Assembly: GCA_963710235.1 (NCBI GenBank)
Contig: CAVPZI010000009.1
Span: 119,417 to 183,416, forward strand
From: an uncultured Alphaproteobacteria bacterium
GTDB lineage: Bacteria; Pseudomonadota; Alphaproteobacteria; Rhizobiales; Xanthobacteraceae
Reading direction: 5' to 3'
Length of the DNA: 64,000 nucleotides
A program made the position numbers and the translations under genes. The notes below the pieces were generated by a model. That model did not search any database. It saw only the letters and a program-made list of their open reading frames with translations, and was not told where the DNA came from. Shown piece by piece: positions 47,283 to 57,442 of the stretch (position 1 is its first letter; each line of letters opens with the position of its first letter).

Positions 47283-48032
47283 ATGAGACGCGCCGACCGG
47301 CTGTTCCAGATCATCCAGGTGCTGCGGCGCAGCCGGAAGCCGCTGACCGCCGACGCCATCGCCGACGAGCTCGAAACCTCGAAACGGACCGTCTACCGCG
47401 ACATCGCCACCCTGATCGGGCAGCGGGTGCCGATCCGCGGCGAAGCCGGCATGGGCTACATCCTGGAGCGCGGCTTCGACATGCCGCCCTTGATGCTGAC
47501 CCCGGACGAGATCGAGGCCGCGGTGCTCGGCGCGCAGTGGGTGGCCGGTCACGCCGACCCGACCCTGGCGCGCGCCGCCGCCGACCTGATCGCCAAGATC
47601 GCCGACACCGTGCCGGAACGGCTGCGCGGATATGTGCTGGAGCCGGCTACCCGCGCCCGGCCGGACTGGAACGCCACGCCGGACCGCATCGACATGGCGC
47701 GGATGCGGGCGCAGATCCACGCCAGCAAGAAGGTCGCGCTCAGTTATTGCGACGAGCACGGCCGCCAGACCACGCGCACCATCTGGCCGATCGCAGTGGG
47801 CTATCTCGCCGCCGTGCGCCACGTCATCGCCTGGTGCGAATTGCGCGCCGACTTTCGCAGTTTTCGCGCCGACCGGGTGGTGGAGGCCGAGTATCTCGAC
47901 GAAAAATATCCGGAACGGCGCGAGGCGCTGCGGGTCAAATGGCGCCAGGCCCAGACCTATATGGACGCGCCGGACGAGCCGCCTGCGTCGGCGCCGCAGA
48001 ATGCCATATCGGGAACCGGCGCGCCGCGCTAA
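47283..48032 (+). CDS. YafY-family transcriptional regulator (HTH + WYL domain)
   Basis: 249 aa. MRRADRLFQIIQVLRRSRKPLTADAIADELETSKRTVYRDIATL. WYL-like region VALSYCDEHGRQTTRTIWPIAVGY. Confidence 0.85.
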   Translation: MRRADRLFQIIQVLRRSRKPLTADAIADELETSKRTVYRDIATLIGQRVPIRGEAGMGYILERGFDMPPLMLTPDEIEAAVLGAQWVAGHADPTLARAAADLIAKIADTVPERLRGYVLEPATRARPDWNATPDRIDMARMRAQIHASKKVALSYCDEHGRQTTRTIWPIAVGYLAAVRHVIAWCELRADFRSFRADRVVEAEYLDEKYPERREALRVKWRQAQTYMDAPDEPPASAPQNAISGTGAPR

Positions 48033-48041
48033 ACCGCCTGG

Positions 48042-48371
48042 ATGGAAACCACCGCCCTCGCTGCCTCCGATTCAGGCCCCTGCCAGGCCTGCGGTGCGTG
48101 CTGCGCCTATTCGCGCAACTGGCCGCGCTTCACCACCGAGGACGACGCCGCGCTGGATCGCATTCCCGAACAATACGTCAATGAGCGGCTGTCGGGGATG
48201 CGCTGCGACGGCGAGCGCTGCATCGCGCTGGTCGGCAACGTCGGCGTGGCGACAGCGTGCGGAATTTATGCCATCAGGCCGGAGGTGTGCCGGACCTGCA
48301 TGCCCGGCGACGCCGAATGCACGATGGCGCGGCGCGCCCATGGGCTAACGCCAATCGGCGCTGCGCCTTAG
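48042..48371 (+). CDS. YkgJ-family cysteine-cluster protein
   Basis: 109 aa. CQACGACC...C..L.G..G....C.IY..RP..C..C pattern. Confidence 0.7.
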   Translation: METTALAASDSGPCQACGACCAYSRNWPRFTTEDDAALDRIPEQYVNERLSGMRCDGERCIALVGNVGVATACGIYAIRPEVCRTCMPGDAECTMARRAHGLTPIGAAP

Positions 48372-48385
48372 GAATTCGCCCCGAA

Positions 48386-48790
48386 TCAGGCCGGGGTGAG
48401 TTCGCTGTCGTCGTCCTCGAACGCCGCGAACCGGCTGAGCGGCTTGGTCGACAGCGTGATCGGCTTGCGGTGGCCGTAGCCGGACGCCACGGGGCGCGAA
48501 GCCGGGGCCTCGCGCGCCAGCGCGTACAGCGTCGAACCGACGCGGCCGCCGAGCTGGATCAATTCACGCTCGTCGCAGCTGGCTGCGATGGTGACGGCGA
48601 GTGCGTGCAGGTGGCTGCGGCGATAACAGAACAACGCCAGCATCGCCCGCACGTCGGACGATACGCTCTCCACCAGTTGAGCCAGGCCATTTTCGTTGGC
48701 CCGGTACATCTCACCGAGGAGGTCTTCACGAACCGGACAAAAGTCGTTTTCGAACGCTTGGCGGCTGGTCCACATGGCTGTTCTCTCCAT
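48386..48790 (-). CDS. Hypothetical protein
   Basis: 134 aa, no recognised motif. Typical codon bias. Alternative start 48772. Confidence 0.45.
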   Translation of the reverse strand: MERTAMWTSRQAFENDFCPVREDLLGEMYRANENGLAQLVESVSSDVRAMLALFCYRRSHLHALAVTIAASCDERELIQLGGRVGSTLYALAREAPASRPVASGYGHRKPITLSTKPLSRFAAFEDDDSELTPA

Positions 48791-48906
48791 GCGGCTAACA
48801 TGCGACCCAATCTGTTAACGAGAGGTTAACCACCGTACCTGTTGCGGCTACGGGGGCTTGAAGCCGAAGCGCGAATCAGACACGCGCGGCCCGGGACCGG
48901 GCCGGC

Positions 48907-51007
48907 TCAGGCCGCGCGGATATCGCCGACGAAGCGATCGAAGTCGGCACGCAGCGCGTCCGATAGCTTTGCCAGGGCGCTCGCCGAATCCAGCACCTCG
49001 GCCGCGGCCGCGCCGGTCTCGTTGGCCGCCTGGCTGACGCCGGCGATATGGACGTTCACCTCGCTGGTGCCCGCCGACACCTGCTGCACGTTGCGCGCGA
49101 TCTCCCGGGTCGCCGCGCCCTGCTGCTCGACCGCTGCTGCGATCGCGGAAGCGATCTGGTTGACGCGCTCGATGGTCGAGCCGATGGCCTGGATGGCTTT
49201 CACGGCCGAACCGGTCGCGCCCTGGATCGCGGTGACCTGGGAGGCGATCTCGTCGGTGGCCTTCGCGGTCTGGGTGGCGAGACTTTTGACCTCGGATGCC
49301 ACCACCGCAAAGCCCTTGCCGGCCTCGCCGGCCCGGGCCGCCTCGATGGTCGCGTTCAGCGCCAACAGGTTGGTCTGTCCGGCAACGTCGCTGATCAGCT
49401 TGACCACGTCGCCGATCCGCTGCGCCGCCTCGGCCAGCGCCTTGACCTCGCTATTGGTCTGCTCGGCCTGCGCCACCGCGGCGCCGGCCACGCTGGTCGA
49501 ATTCGACCACCTGGCGGCTGATCTCGGCGATCGAAGCCGACAGCTGTTCGGTGGCCGCGGCCACCGTCTGCACATTGGTCGACGCTTCTTCCGAAGCCGA
49601 GGCCACCGTGGTCGACTGGTGGCCGGTCTGTTCGGCGGTCGCCGACATCGATTGCGCGGTCGCCTGCAATTCGGTGGAGGCGGTAGCAAGGGAACGCAGC
49701 GATTCGGTGACCGACCGGTCGAACGACACGATCAGGCCTTCGACCGCCTCGCGGCGTGCTTCGCGCCGCGCCTGGGAGGCCTGCTGCTCTGAGGCGAGAT
49801 GATCGGTCTTGACCATGCTCTCCCTGAACACCTCGACGGCGCGCGACATGTCACCGATCTCGTCGGTGCGCTCGGCGCCGGGAAATTCGACGGCGAGGTC
49901 GCGCTCGGCCAGCCGGCGCATCGCCAAGGTGAGCTTGCGGATCGGCATGCTGATGCGCCGGTGCACGATCAGGAAGCCGATCGTGGTCACCCCGAGCGCG
50001 ATCACCAGCATGATTCCGTTCAGGATAAGGCTGCGGGTGGCGTCGCCCATCTGGCGCACCGCGCGCGCCACCATCTCGCTGAGCGCCGCGTTGGCGGCAT
50101 CGACGCTGTATACCAGCACCGCGGTGTTAAGCTTTTGCAAGTCGTTCATCGGCAGTTCGGGCTTCTGGCCGCTGCTCAGCGCCTTGGTGACATCCTGCTG
50201 CCTGGCAAAAAGCGCCGCAGCGCCGGCTTCCTTCGAGCGGTTGACCGCATCGACGATGGCTGCCGGCGCATCGGCCCGCGCGGCCGCTTCGCTGACCTGG
50301 CTCCAGGCGAGCGCGGCCCGACCGCGGTCCTCGGCAGCGCTGACGATATCGGCCGGGCTGAACGGCTGACCGGCAGCAACGGCGCCCTCGATCCGCACCG
50401 CCAGCAGCCCTCCGCTGAGGCGGGCCGCCCAGGCGGATTGCTTGACCATCAGCAAGTGGTCGACCATCGGATCGACCAGCTTGAGCGAGGCCTCGAGCGG
50501 CTGGCTCAGCGCCAGGATGGCATCGAGATAGGCCTGCGAGGCCTTGCCATAGTCCGGCGCCACTGCCGGATCGCGTTGAGGTTTCGGCTGATGAATGGCG
50601 GCGTCGGACCTGGTTCGCAGGGTCGCCAATGCTTCGTGGGCCGCCGTCAATTTGGCGAACAGGGGCGTCAGGCCGGGCTCGATGGTGCCGTTAAGCCGCT
50701 CCACCGCCGCGCTATAACTGGTTTCCGAGCTCTGCCGGTTGCCGGCGATGCGAGCGTCGGCGGCGCCGTCGGCGGGCGCCTCGCTGATCAGGGCCGCGAG
50801 CGTGGTACCGCGCTCTATGCGAAATCCGAGCAGCGTGGTGAACAGCTGCTGGCTGGTGCCGGTGAGGGAAGCGACGCGCTGGGCGGCGGCGTTGCGCTCG
50901 ATGGCGGCGGAGAGTCCGGCGGCACTGAGCGCGACCAGCAGCACCCCGAGTACGCCGATGATCAGGCCGAGCACGAGGCGTATCGACATTCCGGCAAAAA
51001 TTCGCAT
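48907..51007 (-). pseudogene. Methyl-accepting chemotaxis protein with an apparent +1 frameshift
   Basis: N-terminal TM, ligand domain and HAMP are in frame 51007..49451. The signalling domain ([35 protein letters not shown]) is in frame 49689..48907. The junction ISRQVV|NSTSVAG is broken at ~49504. Confidence 0.8.
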
Positions 51008-51147
51008 CGCTCGCCCCGCATCCGTGAAGAAGCGATTTATCGGGGACAAATCTTTAATCTTTGGTGTAATTTTTTCACCGACACGTCGCGCGAGCGTCGG
51101 GGCGCGGTTTCGTCGCAGGCTGGAGGGCGCTGCCGAGTCGCGTAGAG

Positions 51148-51618
51148 TCACGAGGGCGCGGCCAGATCGGTAATGCGACTGTCGGCGCGGCGGAGCCGCC
51201 GGCAAAGCTCGCGGTTGATGTTCTGCAGCACCATCACATAGGCGTGGATGTCGGTCTTGTAGCACGTGTAGAGTTGCCGGGCCGTGAGTTCGTACAGCAG
51301 GGTCGGGCTTTCTGCGACGACGGTGGCCGACCGGTTCTGCATTTCAATCAGCGTCATCTCGCCGAAAAAATCGCCAGGCTTGAGATCCGACATGCGGATG
51401 ACGCGCCCCGCATCCCCGAGCTTGCTCACCACGAGTTCGCCGGAGTGGACAATGAACATCGAGCGGCCCTGTTCGCCTTCCGCCACGACGGTGGCACCGG
51501 CATCGAAGCGGCGCTCGGCCAGCATGGCGATCAGGAGATTCAGGCTCGCGTCCGAAAGGCCACCAAAGAAGGGGGTGGCGAGCAGGAAAGCTTTCAGATC
51601 GGGAGAGCTGACGGCCAT
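51148..51618 (-). CDS. Stand-alone cyclic nucleotide-binding domain protein
   Basis: 156 aa. FFGGLSD...GEQGRSMFIVHSGELVV...GDFFGEMTLIEMQNRSATVVA. Confidence 0.8.
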   Translation of the reverse strand: MAVSSPDLKAFLLATPFFGGLSDASLNLLIAMLAERRFDAGATVVAEGEQGRSMFIVHSGELVVSKLGDAGRVIRMSDLKPGDFFGEMTLIEMQNRSATVVAESPTLLYELTARQLYTCYKTDIHAYVMVLQNINRELCRRLRRADSRITDLAAPS

Positions 51619-51676
51619 CGGCGAAATATACGCTCGCTGCCAGCGGCGGCAAGCGGGCCAAGACCAGCGGGACGAA

Positions 51677-52558
51677 CTAGATCGCGTTTGCTTTCAGCCA
51701 GTTCGCCACGGCCTGGCCGATGGCGGATGCGGAATCCTCCTGGATGAAATGCGAACCGGGCACTGTCACCTCGGTCTGGTTTTTCCAGCTCCGGCAGAAC
51801 TCCCGCGAGGCGCCGATCAGGATGGCGCCGGGGTCGGCATTGACGAACAGTTTTACCATGTCGTTCTGCGCCATCCATCGCGCATAGGCCTCGACGATGG
51901 CGACCACGTCGGCGGGTTCGCCGGCGATCGGAATCTGGCGCGGCCAGGTCAACGTCGGCCAGCGGTCCTCGCGCGAAAGGAACGGCCGGCGGTACTCCGC
52001 CATCTCGGCGTCGCTCAGCTTGCGAAGGATCGAGCCGGGCAGCACGCGTTCGACGAACAGATTGCGATCGAGGATCATGCTTTCGCCCTTGTCGGAACGA
52101 AAGCCCTGAAACACCGGCGTCGCCGCCGCACTCCATTGGTCCCACGAGGCGATCGGCTGCACGATTGCCTCCATATAGGCGATGCCGCGCACCCGGTCGC
52201 GGTGCCGGTTGGCCCAGTCGAAACCGAGCGCACTTCCCCAGTCGTGCACCACCAGCACCACGGCTTCCTCCGGCTTGACCACCGCGGCGATGAAACGCTC
52301 GAGAAAATCGCGATGGGTGGTGAAGCGATAGGTGTCTGGCCCGGCGCCCGGCAGTTTTTCGGAATCGCCCATGCCGATCAGGTCCGGCGCGATCAGCCGT
52401 CCCTGGCCTTCCAGTTCGGCAATGACATCGCGCCATAGATAGGACGAGGTCGGATTGCCATGCAGAAACAGGATCGGCCGGCCCTCGCCGCGCTCGTGAT
52501 AGGCCATCCGCCGTCCCAGCACCGTGACGGTCTTTTTCGAGAGTGGCTGTTCGGTCAT
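51677..52558 (-). CDS. Haloalkane dehalogenase (alpha/beta hydrolase)
   Basis: 293 aa from ATG 52558. [18 protein letters not shown], nucleophile motif [12 protein letters not shown]-terminal GSHFIQEDS. Confidence 0.85.
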   Translation of the reverse strand: MTEQPLSKKTVTVLGRRMAYHERGEGRPILFLHGNPTSSYLWRDVIAELEGQGRLIAPDLIGMGDSEKLPGAGPDTYRFTTHRDFLERFIAAVVKPEEAVVLVVHDWGSALGFDWANRHRDRVRGIAYMEAIVQPIASWDQWSAAATPVFQGFRSDKGESMILDRNLFVERVLPGSILRKLSDAEMAEYRRPFLSREDRWPTLTWPRQIPIAGEPADVVAIVEAYARWMAQNDMVKLFVNADPGAILIGASREFCRSWKNQTEVTVPGSHFIQEDSASAIGQAVANWLKANAI

Positions 52559-52734
52559 GGACGGACTCCCCGGGGGCAAGCGCGCAAGCATGCCGTGGGA
52601 TCGGGATGGGCGCAATCGATCGGGCAAAAACACCAGCGTCACCTCGCTGCGGACTCGACCTTTCATATCCGACAGCTCTCCCGCTTCGCGGAAGGATCGG
52701 GTAATACCCAACCATCCCACCCCCGGAATCCCCG

Positions 52735-53211
52735 ATGCCGTTTGCCTGCACCATCTCCGATCTGCGGCAGCGGCCGGATTTTTTCGACGCGGTCGCCGAT
52801 CGGATCTGGCGGGCGTGGTGGAAGACGGATGGGCATCCCCTCGCCTATATCGCGAGCCGGCTGCGGGAAAACCTCGATGCGGCGCCAATTCCGTTTGCGC
52901 TCGTGGCGCATCGGGAAGCGGAATTTCTCGCCACCGCGTCGGTGATCCAGTCCGATCTCGCTGAGCGGCCGCAGCATACGCCGTGGGTCGCAGCGGTCTG
53001 GGTCGATCCGGCGTTTCGCGGCATGGGTGTCGGCGCGGCGCTGGTCGAGCGGGCGGCACAGGACTGTTTTGCGCTGGGGTTCGGCCGCGCCTATCTGTGC
53101 GCCCGGCCCGAGCGATGCAGTTTTTATACGGGGCTCGGCTGGGTCGCGATCGAGCACGGCGTCGGCGGCAAGCAGCTCAGCGTGCTGGTCCGCGATGCCC
53201 GAGCGGGATGA
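52735..53211 (+). CDS. GNAT-family N-acetyltransferase
   Basis: 158 aa. [21 protein letters not shown] is the acetyl-CoA binding motif (Q/RxxGxG/A). Confidence 0.8.
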   Translation: MPFACTISDLRQRPDFFDAVADRIWRAWWKTDGHPLAYIASRLRENLDAAPIPFALVAHREAEFLATASVIQSDLAERPQHTPWVAAVWVDPAFRGMGVGAALVERAAQDCFALGFGRAYLCARPERCSFYTGLGWVAIEHGVGGKQLSVLVRDARAG

Positions 53212-53240
53212 TCCATCATCCCGCTCGATTTTTAACATTT

Positions 53241-53289
53241 GAGCATGATCCTATCCGAAAACCGGTTTCCACTTTTCGGGATCATGCTC
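53241..53289. repeat. REP element, family C (GAGCATGATCC...GGATCATGCTC)
   Basis: gagcatgatcctatccgaaaaccggtttccacttttcgggatcatgctc. 11-nt inverted arms, intergenic between convergent genes. Confidence 0.75.
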
Positions 53290-53296
53290 CGAATAG

Positions 53297-53701
53297 TCAG
53301 CCGTTCGCGGCCATGTAGATCGACAGGAAGAAGCCGGTCAGGTGATGCAGCGCCTGGTCGATGCCGATCAGCCACCAGAACCATTGATGTTCCGGGGTGA
53401 CGTTGAAGGTGGATACGCTCAAGCCCTTGGCGCGATCGATCGTGATGTGAATGGCGAAGTCGACCAGCCCGATGAACCAGAAGCGCGGCGCGATGATCAG
53501 GAGCAGCGCCGTGGTCAGCACGCCGTGAATGAGGCAGTGCACCAGAAGCGGCAGCGCCCAGCCGGTCTTCTGGTCCTTGCCGAGCGCCATCCAGGAGTTT
53601 TGCAAAAAGAAATCTGCAACCACATGCTTGACGGTGAGGACGAGCATCCACCCGACCAGCGCACCTACCGCGACCGACGACGACATGGGGGGAAACGACA
53701 A
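53297..53701 (-). CDS. DUF3307 domain-containing membrane protein
   Basis: 134 aa. KHVVADFFLQNSWMA...LLVHCLIHG...FAIHITIDRAK...QALHHLT is the His-rich multi-TM DUF3307 pattern. Confidence 0.7.
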   Translation of the reverse strand: MSFPPMSSSVAVGALVGWMLVLTVKHVVADFFLQNSWMALGKDQKTGWALPLLVHCLIHGVLTTALLLIIAPRFWFIGLVDFAIHITIDRAKGLSVSTFNVTPEHQWFWWLIGIDQALHHLTGFFLSIYMAANG

Positions 53702-53871
53702 ACTGACGCCCTTTTTGCAATGCCCTGGAAGCGCGACTTAAATTCAGGCGATCAGCACGACTTTCTCGCAAACACCGGGTGATTTGACCCCGTAATGCCC
53801 ATTTATGACACCTTGCGGGCTGGATTGCACGGTGGGGAACCGGAAAAACCCCAAGTGTGGCCAGATACGCA

Positions 53872-53955
53872 CGTCACATCCCTGGATGCACGCGTCGCAT
53901 CCCTGGATGCGCGCGTCGCTTCCCGGATGCGCCGGTCGTATCCCGGCTGCGCAAT
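53872..53955. repeat. Four tandem ~21-bp repeats, each with a CATCC-N2-GGATG dyad
   Basis: cgtcacatccctggatgcacg / cgtcgcatccctggatgcgcg / cgtcgcttcccggatgcgccgg / tcgtatcccggctgcgcaa. Units decay left to right, within a ~500-bp intergenic region. Confidence 0.8.
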
Positions 53956-54210
53956 CCGGAGGTGGCAATCGGATCTCCGACCGGCCGGTAGGGTTACCGC
54001 AACGGCCGGTTTGCAATCCGCAACCGGGGCGATATCATCGGCGGACAAGAAAATTGTCGTTCGTTTTTAGATATTTACCGTTGCGTCCGGGGCTCGATCG
54101 GAGCCGAGCTTGCGGGACACCTCCAACGCCTCCGGTCGCGCGGATCAGGAATGAGCCCGGAAGAACCGTCGTCAGCCGTGGTATGGCCCGTCGCCGCCTC
54201 CGTCGCCGCC

Positions 54211-55554
54211 ATGACCAACCGCAGGCAGGCGATACTTTTTGTCGCGCTGACCTTGATCCTGACCATCGCGACGGTCTGGGGCGGCCGGCTCTGGTTCCGG
54301 CAGTCCGAGACACTGGTATTCGCAACCGGCGATGCCAACTCGGTGGAGACGCGTTTCGCCAACAAGCTGGCCGCGGTTCTCAAGAGCAGCAATTCACGGC
54401 TGCGCCTGAAAGTGGCGGCCAATCCCGACAGCGCCAGGGCGCTGGCGCAGTTCGATCGCAGGCAGGCTGATCTGGCGATCCTGCGCACCGACGCCAAGGT
54501 GCCGGCGCGGGCCCGCGCCATGGCGATCCTCGAACACGACGTGCTGCTGCTGATCAGCCCCGGAGGCAAAAAGATCACCTCGATCGCGGCGCTGAAGAAG
54601 AAGAAGATTGCCGTGCTCGGCGACGGCGACAGGGATACCGCGCTGGTGCGCAATCTGCTCGGCGTTTCCGATGGCTCCGACGGCGCCTCACGCGTGGCAC
54701 CGGCGCCGCCGAATGCCACGCTCGACAAGCTGCTCGCCCCGGGTGGCTACGGCGCGGTGGTCGCCATCACCCCGGCTTCCAGGATCATAAGGGACAAGAG
54801 CTACGAGCAATATGCCAAGCGCGGCGCCGGGTTTGTCCTCAATCCGATCGATGAGGCCAAGGCGCTGACCAGGAAAAATCCCGGAATATTCGAGGAAACC
54901 CTGGAAACCGGCATGCTGTCGTCGGCGCCGGCGATACCCGACGACGACATCTCCACCATCGGGCTGCAATGGCTGCTGGTGGCGCAGTCGCGGCTGTCGA
55001 CCGTCACCGCTGTGGAACTGGCGCGCGCGATCTATGAAAACAAGGCGGAACTGGCGCTGCCGGACGGCTTCGCCACGGCGATCGAGCCGGCCGATACCGA
55101 CAAGGACGCCTTTATCATCGCCCACCCGGGTGCCGCCGGATACATCAATGACGCCACCAAGTCGTTCATGGAGCGCTACAGCGATGTGATGTATATCGGT
55201 GTCGCCGCGCTCGGCGTCATCGGATCGATCTTTGCCACGATCTACACCCAGCTGACCCGCGTCGCGCCGGAGAAGGCCAGCGAACTGGCAACCGCGATTC
55301 TGAGCATCGGCGAGCGCATCGAGCACGCCCGTTCGATCGAGGCGATCGAGGCCCTGCAGGAAGAACTCGAAGCGGTGCTGCGCGGGGTGGTGATCGGACT
55401 GCGCGACGGCACCATTTCGAGCGATGGGCTGGATACCTTCCGGCTCGGCTACGAGTTCGTCCGCGACGAGATCGCCATGCACAGCGAAAGCCTGCGGCGG
55501 CACGGCAGCCACGACGACAAGGTGGTCGTCGTCAAGGCGGCGCAAGGTGGCTGA
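54211..55554 (+). CDS. TAXI-family TRAP solute-binding-like protein with N- and C-terminal TM segments
   Basis: MTNRRQAILFVALTLILTIATVWGG. TAXI-like LVFATGDANSVETRFANKLA...ADLAILRTD. C-terminal TM YIGVAALGVIGSIFATIY. ORF opens at 54151. Confidence 0.65.
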   Translation: MTNRRQAILFVALTLILTIATVWGGRLWFRQSETLVFATGDANSVETRFANKLAAVLKSSNSRLRLKVAANPDSARALAQFDRRQADLAILRTDAKVPARARAMAILEHDVLLLISPGGKKITSIAALKKKKIAVLGDGDRDTALVRNLLGVSDGSDGASRVAPAPPNATLDKLLAPGGYGAVVAITPASRIIRDKSYEQYAKRGAGFVLNPIDEAKALTRKNPGIFEETLETGMLSSAPAIPDDDISTIGLQWLLVAQSRLSTVTAVELARAIYENKAELALPDGFATAIEPADTDKDAFIIAHPGAAGYINDATKSFMERYSDVMYIGVAALGVIGSIFATIYTQLTRVAPEKASELATAILSIGERIEHARSIEAIEALQEELEAVLRGVVIGLRDGTISSDGLDTFRLGYEFVRDEIAMHSESLRRHGSHDDKVVVVKAAQGG

Positions 55555-55710
55555 GAAACGCTCCGGCAAGGCTTTCGGCAGGGCCCTCGGAAAGACTTTC
55601 GGCAGGGCACGGTTGCAGCAAAATCGATTGTAACGCCGGGCCAAATCCCTAGATATTGATGCTGGAACAGCGCCCTGAGAGAGAACGGCCGTGACAGCGA
55701 GAGCCACGCA

Positions 55711-56493
55711 ATGAGGAGACCGGTGGTCGGCGTGATCGGGAACGCCCATCTCGTCGAAAAGCGATTCGCCGCCCAGCTGGTCGGAGAGCGCAACCTGCGC
55801 GCGGTGGCCGAGGTGGCCGGCGCGCTGCCGCTGATGTTTGCCGGCTCGCCCGACATCACCGACATCGGCGCGCTGCTGGAGGTGGTCGACGGCATCCTTC
55901 TGACCGGCGCGCGGGCCAACGTGCATCCGACCCGCTTCAACACCGAACCGGATCCCAAGCACGAGCCGTATGACAATGCGCGAGACGACGTGGCGCTGGC
56001 GCTGACCGAAGTCTGCGTCGCGCGCGGGGTGCCGATCTTCGGCGTCTGCCGCGGCCTCCAGGAGATGAACGTCGCCTTCGGCGGCTCGCTGCATCCGGAG
56101 ATCCGCGAGCTGCCGGGCCGCATGAACCATCGGATGCCGCGGCTCGAGAACGGCGACATTCATCCCGATGCCGCGGTGATCTTCGCCGACCGCCATGACG
56201 TCACCCTGGTGCCGGACGGCGCCTTTGCCAAACTGCTCGGGCGCGAGACCATCCGCGTCAACTCGCTGCATGGCCAGGGCATCCTCGAACCGGGCAAGCG
56301 GGTGGTGGTCGAAGGCGTGGCGGAAGACGGCACCATCGAGGCGATCCGGATCGCCGAAGCGCCGGGATTTGCGCTCGGGGTGCAGTGGCATGCGGAGTAC
56401 GATCCGCAATTCAACCCGGTCAACCGCGCGCTGTTCGAGGCGTTCGGCGACGCGCTCTTGAAGCGGCGGCGGGCATCGCCGGTCCAGCGCTGA
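55711..56493 (+). CDS. puuD: Gamma-glutamyl-GABA hydrolase-like class I glutamine amidotransferase (peptidase C26, PuuD family)
   Basis: 260 aa. Nucleophile motif PIFGVCRGLQEMNVAFGG and C-terminal FALGVQWHAEY. Confidence 0.8.
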   Translation: MRRPVVGVIGNAHLVEKRFAAQLVGERNLRAVAEVAGALPLMFAGSPDITDIGALLEVVDGILLTGARANVHPTRFNTEPDPKHEPYDNARDDVALALTEVCVARGVPIFGVCRGLQEMNVAFGGSLHPEIRELPGRMNHRMPRLENGDIHPDAAVIFADRHDVTLVPDGAFAKLLGRETIRVNSLHGQGILEPGKRVVVEGVAEDGTIEAIRIAEAPGFALGVQWHAEYDPQFNPVNRALFEAFGDALLKRRRASPVQR

Positions 56494-56539
56494 CCGTTAT
56501 TCCACAGCCTTCCGATTCGCCTCCGGGCTCTAAACGCCG

Positions 56540-57442
56540 CTACCTCACCACGACACCGGCTTCACCGGCCAGCACCCGGCCCTTGATCTGGGCGATGGCG
56601 CGCTTGAGCGCGGCCTGGCGCGGATCGGGCATGGCCGCGGCGCGGGCTTCGGCGATGGCGGCGGCGAGATGTGGCAGTTTCAGCTTGCCGTCGAAGGTCG
56701 GCTTGGCGAGTTCGTTGATGATGAGGTGCCAGTCGGCAAGGCCCCGCCGGTAAAGATGGCCAGAGCCCTGCACCATGGTCGCGGTCTCGACGATGGCGGT
56801 GACGGCCTCGGGCTGCCTGGTCAGGCTGCGGTCGATCATGTGCAGCCACCGCTCCACCCAGATCCGCTCCCGGGCATAGCGTTCCGAATGCGCCCGCCAG
56901 CGCCGCAGCGAGGCCTCGAGCTTGAGCCGGCGGATGCTCCATCGGCTCGCGGTCGAGAAGCGCCGCGTCACCGGCATGTGCAGCCAGCCCAGCCGTCCGA
57001 GCACGTCAAGCACCGGATCGGCGACCATTCCGGGCAGGGATTCCACCATCTCGTCGAGCCGAAGCTGGCGGACGTCGTCGGCGAACGTATCCTGCGGCCG
57101 CAGACTGCGGATCTCGAGCTCGGTCAGCTTCAGCTGCGCGATCCGGATCGGATCCTCGTAGCACATCCGCATCGCCATCAGCCGCGCGATCTCGCCGAAC
57201 AGCGCAACGTCGACGTCGCGACGGCCGACGAACCGCTTCAGCCGGTCGAGATAAAGCTGGGCGTAACCCGGGCCCTGATAGTCCAAGAGCCGGTGCACGG
57301 CTTCATGGGCGATCGGCTTGATCGCTTCGGGCAAGCCTGCGGGCAGACGCGGCAGCACATCGTCTTCTTCCCCCATCAGTTCGCCGAACAGCGAACGGAC
57401 CGGGGTGAAGAGGGTCCTCAGCCTCGCTCGCCAGTAGCTCAT
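56540..57442 (-). CDS. Stand-alone DUF6537-like protein (resembles the C-terminal domain of indolepyruvate:ferredoxin oxidoreductases)
   Basis: 300 aa from ATG 57442 (ATGA overlap with the upstream stop). LLDYQGPGYAQLYLDRL, ARLMAMRMCYEDPIRIAQLKL. The rest of the 1123-aa ORF is an antisense artefact. Confidence 0.55.
   Translation of the reverse strand: MSYWRARLRTLFTPVRSLFGELMGEEDDVLPRLPAGLPEAIKPIAHEAVHRLLDYQGPGYAQLYLDRLKRFVGRRDVDVALFGEIARLMAMRMCYEDPIRIAQLKLTELEIRSLRPQDTFADDVRQLRLDEMVESLPGMVADPVLDVLGRLGWLHMPVTRRFSTASRWSIRRLKLEASLRRWRAHSERYARERIWVERWLHMIDRSLTRQPEAVTAIVETATMVQGSGHLYRRGLADWHLIINELAKPTFDGKLKLPHLAAAIAEARAAAMPDPRQAALKRAIAQIKGRVLAGEAGVVVR

Noticed and set aside
55571-55612. Direct repeat of CTTTCGGCAGGGC (two copies 24 bp apart) between the TAXI-like and puuD-like genes.
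   Set aside because: Only two short copies are present, which could be chance or simple duplication. No dyad symmetry or conservation could be assessed.
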